Source: an uncultured Desulfobacterales bacterium (GTDB lineage: Bacteria > Desulfobacterota > DSM-4660 > Desulfatiglandales > HGW-15). Taken from it: a DNA stretch of 52,910 bases. Below are positions 20,148 to 28,130 of this stretch, piece after piece. The notes beneath the pieces were generated by a model. That model had not been told where the DNA came from. It ran no database searches and saw only the letters and a program-made list of their open reading frames with translations. Positions within the stretch are counted from its first letter, which is position 1; each line of letters begins with the position of its first letter. Where the stretch lies: assembly GCA_964512335.1 (NCBI GenBank), contig CAZEIA010000003.1:1-52910 (forward strand). Direction: 5' to 3'. Made by a program: the position numbers and the translations under genes.

Positions 20148-20645
20148 ATGCCCCTGAAAAAACCCGATTCCGGCACAAAAACATCCAAGGCAATCATTGA
20201 TCTCCTGATCAGCATACCTATATTCGACTCCCTCAAATCCGATGAACTCAAGCTGGCGACGCGATACATGAACCTTACAGACGTCAAAACAGGCGAGGTG
20301 GTTTTCAAAGAAGGGGATCAGGGAACCTATGTATGCTTCGTGGTGGATGGCACCCTCGAGGTGCTTAAAGGGGCGGACACGGGACACCAGGTCGTAATAG
20401 CCAAGCTGGGCAAGAATCGCTCTATTGGAGAAATGGCGGTAATCGACGACTTTCCGAGGTCTGCTACAGTCCGTGCACTGAAGCCGAGCACCCTGCTCAT
20501 CCTCACGCGGGAGGGGTTTGACAGCATACTCGAGGACCATCCACGGACAGGCGTCAAGATACTCAAAGGGCTGGCAAGGCTCCTGAGCCAGAACCTGCGC
20601 AAGACCTCCAGCAGGCTCGCAGACTACATGCTGCCCCTCAGCTAG
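20148..20645 (+). CDS. cyclic-nucleotide-binding domain protein (165 aa, no output domain)
   Basis: cNMP-binding signature GEVVFKEGDQG...IGEMAVIDDFPRSATVRA. ATG 20148 has an AAGGAG SD; the upstream part of the 19941 ORF looks non-coding. Confidence 0.8.
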   Translation: MPLKKPDSGTKTSKAIIDLLISIPIFDSLKSDELKLATRYMNLTDVKTGEVVFKEGDQGTYVCFVVDGTLEVLKGADTGHQVVIAKLGKNRSIGEMAVIDDFPRSATVRALKPSTLLILTREGFDSILEDHPRTGVKILKGLARLLSQNLRKTSSRLADYMLPLS

Positions 20646-21207
20646 CCGCGGCGGCCGGTCAATGCGCGTGGCCTGAGTTCCTGATGAGTTGCTTTTGTGT
20701 TCCCTGGATGCGGGGCCTTGCTGATCCGGCTTTTTGACCTTTTACCGCATAATGGGCTTTTGAGAATGACCATGTATACAGACTCCCTGCTTACCCCCGA
20801 AGACCGCTACCCTCTGAAGAGGCAGGCTGAGTAGCGGTTCGCAGGAGACTGGGTCTGAAATCCTCAGTCACGATTGCTCAGTCCGAAGAGATCCTGCACA
20901 CGCCGCCTGACAGGCAAGTATGAGACAAAGCAAAAAGACAATGCGAATTTCGATGATGGCCCGGCTTATCGACAATACAGCTATCCTTGCGGGTATGGCA
21001 ACAGGAGCCACCTCTTTGGCCTGCTGTTTCAATTTACTGAACTACCGTCAGCAACCACAGCGAGAGGAATGAGAGGCTTGCTTTTTTACTCCTGAATACT
21101 ATAACCTGATCCTGAAACTCAATGACTTTACCGACGAAAAGGGTTCCTTTTTCACGGCCTGGAAACCCATTTCGGGTCGTAATCAAGATATTAGGAGGCA
21201 CAACAAC

Positions 21208-22755
21208 ATGCCCCTGGACGAACTTCTTCCAAAGGCAGTCAAGCTTTATCCCGAAAGAGAAGCAGTGGTGTGCGACGATTTGCGCCTGGACTACCGCTCA
21301 TTTTCCGAGCGGGTCTGGAGGCTGGCCAACGGCCTCGATTCCATGGGTCTTGAAAAGGGTGACCGGGTCGCAATTCTGCACGAAAACTGCCATGTTTTCC
21401 TGGAAGCCTACTTTGCAGCCGCTCATCTGGGCCTGATCCTGGTGCCCCTTAATTTCAGGCTGTCGCCCAGAGAACTGGCCATGATACTCAACGACAGTGG
21501 CTCAGGCGTCCTCATCGCCCAAAGCAAATTCCAGGACGGGGTGAACAGCCTGGCCGGGTTCTCGTGCAACATGCAGCGGATCATATGGACGCAAAAGGCC
21601 GCAGGCCCGGGGGAAACGGCGTACGAAGACCTTCTGGCCGGGCAGACAGCGGTTCCTCCCCGGAACCTCGGCCTTCGGGACGACGATGTGGCCCATTTGT
21701 ATTATACGAGCGGAACCACAGGCAGACCCAAAGGCGTTATGCTGACGCATAAGAACGTCAAGAGCCACGCACTCGGAACCATTGCGGAGCTTAACCTCAC
21801 AGACAGGGATCACTGGTTCCACGTCGCCCCCCTCTTTCACCTGGCGGACGCCTGGGCCACCTTTGCCATCACCTGGGCCGGGGGAAAACATGTGCTCACA
21901 CCTGTCTTTGACCCGCTTCGAGTCCTCTCCCTCATCCAGGAGGAGCAAATAACCCTAAGCAACCTGATTCCCACCATGCTCAACATGATGGTCAACCAGC
22001 CTGAGGTAGGGGACTTCGACTTCTCAAGCCTGAGGGTCATTTTGAGCGGTGGGGCACCGATAGCCCCGGAGGTGGTGCGAAAAATCATCGATACCTTCAA
22101 GTGTGACTACATCCAGACTTACGGCATGACCGAGACCAGCCCCTATTTGACCCTTTCCATTTTGAAAGATCACCTCAAAGGGCTGCCCCGCGAAAAACAA
22201 CTGGAATATAAGGCGAGCACGGGCAGGGAATTTATCAACGTGAGCCTCAAGGTCGTTGACCCTGACGGAAGAGAGGTTGCAAGAGACAACTTGGAGGTGG
22301 GAGAAATAATTGTCAAGGGAGATACGGTGACGCCCGGTTACTGGAACCTGCCGGATGAGACCCAAAAGGCCCTGAAGGACGGGTGGCTTTACACAGGGGA
22401 CCTTGCTGTGGTCAACGAAGAAGAGTATGTCAATATCGTAGATCGTAAAAAAGACATGATTCTGACGGGCGGAGAAAACGTCTATTCCACGGAGGTCGAG
22501 AATGTCCTCTACACCAACAACGCTATCCTGGAGGCCGCCGTCATAGCTGTGCCTGATCCAAAATGGGGAGAGGCTGTCAAGGCCTGTGTCGTGTTGAAGC
22601 CCGGCGAAAAGGCCACTGAAGAAGAAATCATTGCCTTCTGCAAGGCCAATCTGGCAGGTTACAAGGCACCCAAGACCGTTGACTTCCTCGACGCCCTTCC
22701 GAGAACAGGCTCCGGCAAGATCTATAAGAAGGGATTAAAAGACCCTTACGTCTGA
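21208..22755 (+). CDS. AMP-dependent acyl-CoA synthetase/ligase (fatty-acid-CoA-ligase-like)
   Basis: AMP-binding motif YTSGTTGRPKGV, then TGDLA and the C-terminal GKIYKK lysine motif. AGGAGG SD. Confidence 0.9.
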   Translation: MPLDELLPKAVKLYPEREAVVCDDLRLDYRSFSERVWRLANGLDSMGLEKGDRVAILHENCHVFLEAYFAAAHLGLILVPLNFRLSPRELAMILNDSGSGVLIAQSKFQDGVNSLAGFSCNMQRIIWTQKAAGPGETAYEDLLAGQTAVPPRNLGLRDDDVAHLYYTSGTTGRPKGVMLTHKNVKSHALGTIAELNLTDRDHWFHVAPLFHLADAWATFAITWAGGKHVLTPVFDPLRVLSLIQEEQITLSNLIPTMLNMMVNQPEVGDFDFSSLRVILSGGAPIAPEVVRKIIDTFKCDYIQTYGMTETSPYLTLSILKDHLKGLPREKQLEYKASTGREFINVSLKVVDPDGREVARDNLEVGEIIVKGDTVTPGYWNLPDETQKALKDGWLYTGDLAVVNEEEYVNIVDRKKDMILTGGENVYSTEVENVLYTNNAILEAAVIAVPDPKWGEAVKACVVLKPGEKATEEEIIAFCKANLAGYKAPKTVDFLDALPRTGSGKIYKKGLKDPYV

Positions 22756-22797
22756 ATCGATCTCCCTCTATCTGACTCTTTCTCGCGCGCTGAAAGA

Positions 22798-22813
22798 GGC
22801 GGCCGAGGCCGCC
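22798..22813 (+). terminator. GC hairpin downstream of the acyl-CoA ligase gene (possible terminator, no U-tract)
   Basis: GGCGGCC-GA-GGCCGCC lies 43 nt after the stop codon, but no T-run follows. Confidence 0.3.
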
Positions 22814-23291
22814 CCCATCCCTGAACTGAACGTCAGGGCTGTCACTCTGCACCAGCACAAAACCCAAATCTCTCTGTGTGATGACGGCCTTAACCTGGGA
22901 AAGCTACGTCTACAATGAGTCACTGTCGGCGGATCAGCACAACTCTAATCCCCCGCATAAGCCGGAAACGGTGAGACAAGGCGTTGAAATATCTTGATGT
23001 GTCACGAACCTGACCCCGGCCCTGCCTGCGAAAACAGGGCTTATTGCATGTTTAAACACCCTTTTTTCAATGATTCCAGAAATTTGTATCTTATGACGCG
23101 TTTAAGATTTATTCTTGACACACTCCAGTCACGCTGGTACATGTTTATCCAATAAGATAATTTTCTATAAATTTTTACCCATACAGATAACATAATATTG
23201 TCAGTTAAACCAAAGAGGGCTCCAGGTTTTGATAAAGGCTAACAAAACATATATTAAGCACTTTAAACTACAAAATAAGGAGATCTTGACC

Positions 23292-24314
23292 ATGAAAAAA
23301 AGTTCTGTAATAGGCGTTTTGCTCATGTCAGCTTTTGCATTGCTTCTGTTCTCTGGCACTGGGATGGCGAAAACCATCGAACTTAAATTTGCACATGCAT
23401 TTTCGCCGAAGCACACGATGCAGGTTCGGGTGTTTGAACCCTGGGCCGAAAAAATCAACAAAGAGACCGACGGAAAGGTAAAAGTGACATTTTTCCCAGG
23501 CGGTGCGCTTGGAAAGACACCCGACCACTATGAGCTGGCGGAAAAAGGCATTGCAGACATCATCTATATTCTTCACGATTACACGCCCGGCCGTTTTCCT
23601 ATGACTGAGGTCTACAGCCTGCCTTTTATGACACCATCGGCTACGAAGACTTCAAGGGCCATGTGGAAAACATATGAAAACTTCCCGGAATTCCAGAAAG
23701 AATACAATAAGGTCAAAGTCCTTGCCCTTTTTTGTCACCCCGGCGGAGACTTTCACACAGTAAAGAAACCCATTAGAACCGTCGAAGATTTCAAGGGCAT
23801 GAAGATCCGGACTGCCAACCCCTCGGTCACCGAAGCTCTCAAGATTTTCGGAGCCGTTCCGGTCACGACTCCGGTCACCGAGACCTACACCGCTCTTGAA
23901 AGAGGTGTGGTGGACGGCACTGTGGTCCCCTGGGAAGGTCTCGGCATCTTTAAACTGGACGATCTGACCAAATATGCTACCATGGCCGACTTTTACACCA
24001 TGACTATGATGGTGGTTATGAACAAGAGAAAATGGGAATCACTGCCCGATGACGTTAAGAAGGTGATTGACGAAAACAGCGGAATGTCATTGTCGGAATG
24101 GTGCGGCAAGGTTTACGATGAAACGGACGAGCCCTTCAGGAATCAGGCCCTTGAAAAAGGCATCGAGATCATCGAACTTTCCGATGAGGACAAAGAAAAA
24201 TTAAAGAACATGACCATGCCCTTGAGGGAACAGTGGGTCAAGAACATGGAGGCCAAGGGATATCCCGCCCAAGACATATTGGATGCGGCGCTTGAGTATC
24301 TTAAGGAAGAATAA
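23292..24314 (+). CDS. TRAP transporter substrate-binding protein (DctP family)
   Basis: Signal peptide MKKSSVIGVLLMSAFALLLFSGTGMA, then the ELKFAH...W motif typical of DctP. ATG 23292 has an AAGGAG SD. Confidence 0.9.
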   Translation: MKKSSVIGVLLMSAFALLLFSGTGMAKTIELKFAHAFSPKHTMQVRVFEPWAEKINKETDGKVKVTFFPGGALGKTPDHYELAEKGIADIIYILHDYTPGRFPMTEVYSLPFMTPSATKTSRAMWKTYENFPEFQKEYNKVKVLALFCHPGGDFHTVKKPIRTVEDFKGMKIRTANPSVTEALKIFGAVPVTTPVTETYTALERGVVDGTVVPWEGLGIFKLDDLTKYATMADFYTMTMMVVMNKRKWESLPDDVKKVIDENSGMSLSEWCGKVYDETDEPFRNQALEKGIEIIELSDEDKEKLKNMTMPLREQWVKNMEAKGYPAQDILDAALEYLKEE

Positions 24315-24367
24315 ACAAGCGGGCTCTAATCACGCCCCGGTAACAGTAAACTGGAAATTCGCCGTGG

Positions 24368-24402
24368 GAGGAGGCGGCAAGACTTGTTCTTGCCGTCTCC
24401 TC
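24368..24402 (+). promoter_or_regulatory. 15-bp intercistronic stem-loop after the TRAP binding-protein gene
   Basis: GAGGAGGCGGCAAGA-cttgt-TCTTGCCGTCTCCTC (one G.U pair) lies 54 nt after the dctP-like stop and 41 nt before the small-permease start. Confidence 0.6.
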
Positions 24403-24442
24403 TTGACAGATATACAGAACCCGGAGGAGGCTCCAACACCCC

Positions 24443-24946
24443 ATGAAAAGGAAGAGCCTGTTGAAGAAAATGGAGACCATCAGTTCCTTGCTGGCCTACG
24501 TGGGGGCATTTGCCCTTCTCTGCATGATGCTGATCACCACGGTTGATGTGGCAGGGCGATATCTTTTCAGTAAGCCTATCACAGGGGCATTTGAGATTAC
24601 GGAATTCCTAGTGCTGATCCTGATTTTTTCCTTTCTTGCATTTACTCAAGCAGGCAAGGGCCATGTTTCCGTGGATCTCCTGTTTACTCTTTTTCCCCGG
24701 CGGCTCCAGATAGCCATAGATTTGGTTACTCACACAATCTGTCTCATTCTTATGCTCTTGATCACATGGATGGGGGTCGAAAAAGCGCTGGAATTGATGG
24801 CTGTCGGGGGAACATCTCCAAACCTCAAGATCCCGACTTACCCCTTTGTGTTTTTTCTCGCCCTGGGATGTACGGTTATGTGCATTCAGTACCTTTTGGA
24901 TATCATCAAGTTGTTTATGGGCCGAAAGGAGAATACCGCCTCATGA
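24443..24946 (+). CDS. TRAP transporter small permease (DctQ family)
   Basis: 167 aa with four hydrophobic segments. Its stop overlaps the start of the large permease (ATGA). Confidence 0.85.
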   Translation: MKRKSLLKKMETISSLLAYVGAFALLCMMLITTVDVAGRYLFSKPITGAFEITEFLVLILIFSFLAFTQAGKGHVSVDLLFTLFPRRLQIAIDLVTHTICLILMLLITWMGVEKALELMAVGGTSPNLKIPTYPFVFFLALGCTVMCIQYLLDIIKLFMGRKENTAS

Positions 24947-26256
24947 GTTCGGAGATGGTCGGTGTCCTGGGGATCGTCTTTCTCTTTGTTTTGCTTGCCT
25001 TGCGGATGTATATCGGCATGGCCATGGCTCTTGTCGGATTTCTGGGATTATGCGTTCTGGTAGGCGTTCATGCTGGCATAAACATTTTGGGAATCACTCC
25101 CCTTGCGGAAGGTTCCTCCTACACCCTGAGCGTGATTCCACTTTTTGTGCTCATGGGACAGTTCGCCTTCCTTTCAGGAATAAGCTCGGACATTTACAGG
25201 ACTGTCTATACCTGGATGGGACATTTTCGAGGCGGTATGGCCATGGCAACCATCGTGGCCTGCTCCGGCTTTGCGGCGGTCTGCGGTTCATCCCTGGCTA
25301 CCGGAGCCACAATGGGAATGGTGGCCATTCCTGAAATGAAGAAATACGATTACGATTCAAGATTGGCCACGGGATGTGTTGCCGCAGGCGGCACCCTGGG
25401 GATCCTCATCCCCCCCAGTATCGGTTTTGTCCTTTATGGTATCCTCACGGAACAATCCATCGGCAGGCTTTTCATGGCCGGGCTTATACCCGGGATTTTA
25501 CTGGCTTCTCTCTTTGTCATCGTCATCGCCATCCAGTGCAGAATCAATCCCGAAATGGGGCCCTGCGGCCCGGCCACCACCTGGAAAGCCAAAGTCAAGT
25601 CCCTGGGAAACACGTGGGGTATGCTGGTCCTGTTCATTATTGTTATGGGAGGCATATACCTGGGTGTCTTCACTCCTACGGAAGCCGCGGGCGTCGGGGC
25701 ATTCGGTGCTTTTCTTTTTGTACTTCTGAAAAAGAAGTTAAAAATGAACACGTTCATGCAAAGCCTCCTGGATACGGGTAAAACGACGGCCATGATCTTT
25801 CTGATCATTATCGGCGCAAACATGTTCTCCTCCTTTCTCGGGCTGACGAAACTCCCTATGCTTCTGGCCGATTTTACGGCAAACCTGCCTCTGCCCAGGG
25901 TCTTGATTCTCGCATGCATTATCCTCGTCTATTTGGCCCTGGGCTGTGTCATGGACTGTTATGCAATCATGATCCTGACGGTTCCCATTCTTTTCCCGGT
26001 AATTGAAGCATTGAATTTCGACCCAATCTGGTTTGGAGTCCTCATGGTCATTGTTTTGGAGGTCGGACTGATTACACCACCTGTGGGCCTTAACGTATTT
26101 GTTATAAAAGGTGCAGCCCCGGATGTGCCCCTGACGACCATTTTCAGGGGTATTCTGCCTTTTCTGATTGCCGCTTTTATGGCTATTATCCTTATTATCG
26201 CTTTTCCGCAGATTGCGACCTTTCTGCCGGATCGCATGTGGGGCGCCATGGGATAG
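24943..26256 (+). CDS. TRAP transporter large permease (DctM family)
   Basis: 437-aa polytopic protein starting MSSEMVGVLGIVF. The track ORF (24766) extends upstream in a frame that overlaps dctQ and is unlikely to be translated there. Confidence 0.9.
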   Translation: MSSEMVGVLGIVFLFVLLALRMYIGMAMALVGFLGLCVLVGVHAGINILGITPLAEGSSYTLSVIPLFVLMGQFAFLSGISSDIYRTVYTWMGHFRGGMAMATIVACSGFAAVCGSSLATGATMGMVAIPEMKKYDYDSRLATGCVAAGGTLGILIPPSIGFVLYGILTEQSIGRLFMAGLIPGILLASLFVIVIAIQCRINPEMGPCGPATTWKAKVKSLGNTWGMLVLFIIVMGGIYLGVFTPTEAAGVGAFGAFLFVLLKKKLKMNTFMQSLLDTGKTTAMIFLIIIGANMFSSFLGLTKLPMLLADFTANLPLPRVLILACIILVYLALGCVMDCYAIMILTVPILFPVIEALNFDPIWFGVLMVIVLEVGLITPPVGLNVFVIKGAAPDVPLTTIFRGILPFLIAAFMAIILIIAFPQIATFLPDRMWGAMG

Positions 26257-26428
26257 GATATAGGATGCTGCGGTCTCGGGCTTCCCGTTGATTCACCTCA
26301 GCAACATCAAAGGTAATCCGCACCTCGCGTGATTTTCTCAGAGAGTATAATCCGGAATTCACATGGCGGGCTGATTCAAAGGCCTGATCCAACTTCCGGG
26401 CAAGCGATGGAAAATGAGGGCATGAACA

Positions 26429-26821
26429 ATGGAAGAACTGAAACGCTACTTCGAGACCACCAAAGGGACCGGTGTCCTGTCAACGGCGGATGCCGACGGA
26501 TGCGTCGACGCCGCTGTCTATTCACGGCCCCACGTCATGGAAGACGGCACTCTGGCCTTCATCATGCGGGACCGCCTCACCCACAGAAACATCACTGAAA
26601 ACCCCCATGCAGCCTTTCTGTTCATTGAAAACGGTCCGGGCTATAAAGGAAAACGCCTCTTTATCACCAAGGTTCGCGAAGAGGCTGAAAGCGAGCTTCT
26701 ATACGAGCTTCGACGCAGGACGTTTACGGACGAAAAAGACCAACAGGAAGTAAAATACCTGGTTTTTTTCAGGCTCGACAGGGAGCTCCCGCTGGTAGGT
26801 TCGACCGCACCGGAGAAATAG
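26429..26821 (+). CDS. pyridoxamine 5'-phosphate oxidase (PNPOx)-like FMN-binding family protein
   Basis: 130 aa. The GVLSTADADGCVDAAVYS pattern is typical of the split-barrel FMN-binding fold. GAGGG SD. Confidence 0.65.
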   Translation: MEELKRYFETTKGTGVLSTADADGCVDAAVYSRPHVMEDGTLAFIMRDRLTHRNITENPHAAFLFIENGPGYKGKRLFITKVREEAESELLYELRRRTFTDEKDQQEVKYLVFFRLDRELPLVGSTAPEK

Positions 26822-26826
26822 TCCGA

Positions 26827-27564
26827 TCAGTACATCCCTCCGTTTACGGAAAGGACTTGACCTGTGATATAGGAGGCGTCTTCAGAGCATAAGAAGCGAA
26901 CCACCTTTGCCACCTCTTCAGGCCTGCCCATCCGTGCCATGGGTATCATCCGTTTGATGAAATCCCTGGGCACGTCCCCGCTCATCTGTGTTTCGATCAT
27001 TCCCGGCGCAACCACATTGACCCGGATTCCGAGCCTGGCAACCTCGCACGCAATAGAGCGACTTGTACCGATCAACCCGGCCTTTGCAGCCGAGTAATTG
27101 GCCTGCCCCCTGTGGCCGATCAGGCCCGACATGGAGGAGATGCTGATAATGCTCCCTTGCTTTTGATGCATCATTTTTTCAATAACCGGCCGGGTCACAT
27201 TAAAGAAACCCTTCAGGTTGGTATTCAGGACCGAGTCCCATTCCGCCTCGGTCATGAAGACGAAGAGCCCGTCCGCCGTGATTCCGGCATTGTTGACCAG
27301 GACATCGATATGGAGAAATCGGGAGCAGATATCTGCTATGGCAGTGGCGGTGTCTTCGGAGCTGGAGACGTCAAATCGGTTCGTTTCACCTTCCCCGCCT
27401 GCATCTTCTATCATCTGAAGGGTCACCGCTGCTGCGTCATCATCGGATTGGTAATTGATAATGACATAATAGCCCGCTTCAGCCAATTCCCTGCATATGG
27501 CCCTGCCGATGCCCCTGCTTCCTCCAGTGACCAAGGCCGCTTCTCTATCTCTATTTTTGTTCAT
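26827..27564 (-). CDS. 3-oxoacyl-ACP reductase (FabG-like SDR)
   Basis: TGGSRGIG cofactor motif, NNAG, and catalytic S...YSAAKAG. Confidence 0.9.
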   Translation of the reverse strand: MNKNRDREAALVTGGSRGIGRAICRELAEAGYYVIINYQSDDDAAAVTLQMIEDAGGEGETNRFDVSSSEDTATAIADICSRFLHIDVLVNNAGITADGLFVFMTEAEWDSVLNTNLKGFFNVTRPVIEKMMHQKQGSIISISSMSGLIGHRGQANYSAAKAGLIGTSRSIACEVARLGIRVNVVAPGMIETQMSGDVPRDFIKRMIPMARMGRPEEVAKVVRFLCSEDASYITGQVLSVNGGMY

Positions 27565-27660
27565 TTCCCTTTATATCCTCAACACACTCCAAATGGAGCC
27601 ACATGAACGGCGGGTGAATCCCGCCCTGCGAAAACAAGGGTCGTGAAGGGTCGTGTTTTC

Positions 27661-27689
27661 TTGACAAGGTAATTTACTGAAATCATAAA
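27661..27689 (+). promoter_or_regulatory. candidate sigma70 promoter for the ACP/KS/rSAM operon
   Basis: TTGACA (27661-27666), a 17-nt spacer, then CATAAA (27684-27689). Confidence 0.35.
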
Positions 27690-27699
27690 TAATTGTCAA
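27671..27699 (-). promoter_or_regulatory. candidate sigma70 promoter for the FabG-like gene, interdigitated with the plus-strand promoter
   Basis: The minus strand reads TTGACA (27699-27694), a 17-nt spacer, then TAAATT (27676-27671). Confidence 0.3.
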
Positions 27700-27863
27700 T
27701 AGACATCCAGCTCGTTTACGGGACTTGAAAAAACAATTAGTTCACAGATTCAGGATTTTGTTCAGGAAAAAACAAATTGACCCCGAAATCCAATGATAAT
27801 ATTATTGAAAGTTTATGATGTACTTTTTTGATACTTATCGTCACTAACGCGAAGGAACGAAGT

Positions 27864-28130
27864 TTGAAAAATCTGATAAATGAACTCAGGGTCAAGATAG
27901 TTCAGACACTCAACCTCGAAGACATCGACCCGGAAGAGCTCGGTGAAACAGATCAGCTTGTTGGTGGGGAACTGGGGCTTGATTCCATAGATGTATTAGA
28001 ACTGGTAATGATGATCGAAAAGGATTACGGCGTCAGAATCGACAACGAGGAACTGGTCGCCGAGGTCTTTATAAATTTGGAGACCCTGGCGGTCTATATC
28101 AGTGAACATTCGGCGGGGAAAGGCCGTTGA
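27864..28130 (+). CDS. acyl carrier protein (dedicated, cluster-associated)
   Basis: Phosphopantetheine attachment motif GLDSIDVLELV. The likely start is TTG 27864 (GAAGGAA upstream), while the track ORF starts at TTG 27828. The stop overlaps the next start (TTGA). Confidence 0.8.
   Translation: MKNLINELRVKIVQTLNLEDIDPEELGETDQLVGGELGLDSIDVLELVMMIEKDYGVRIDNEELVAEVFINLETLAVYISEHSAGKGR

Noticed and set aside
20874-21095. Small ORFs in the 560-bp region upstream of the acyl-CoA ligase: the 73-aa track ORF and a 50-aa ORF at 20920-21072
   Set aside because: Neither has a convincing SD or recognisable motifs. The region also holds a nested hairpin (CCGCTAC...GTAGCGG, 20804-20837), but nothing I can assign.
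24766-24942. Upstream 59-codon extension of the DctM ORF
   Set aside because: It overlaps the DctQ frame for 177 nt. The ATGA overlap at 24943 gives the canonical coupled start and a normal DctM length.
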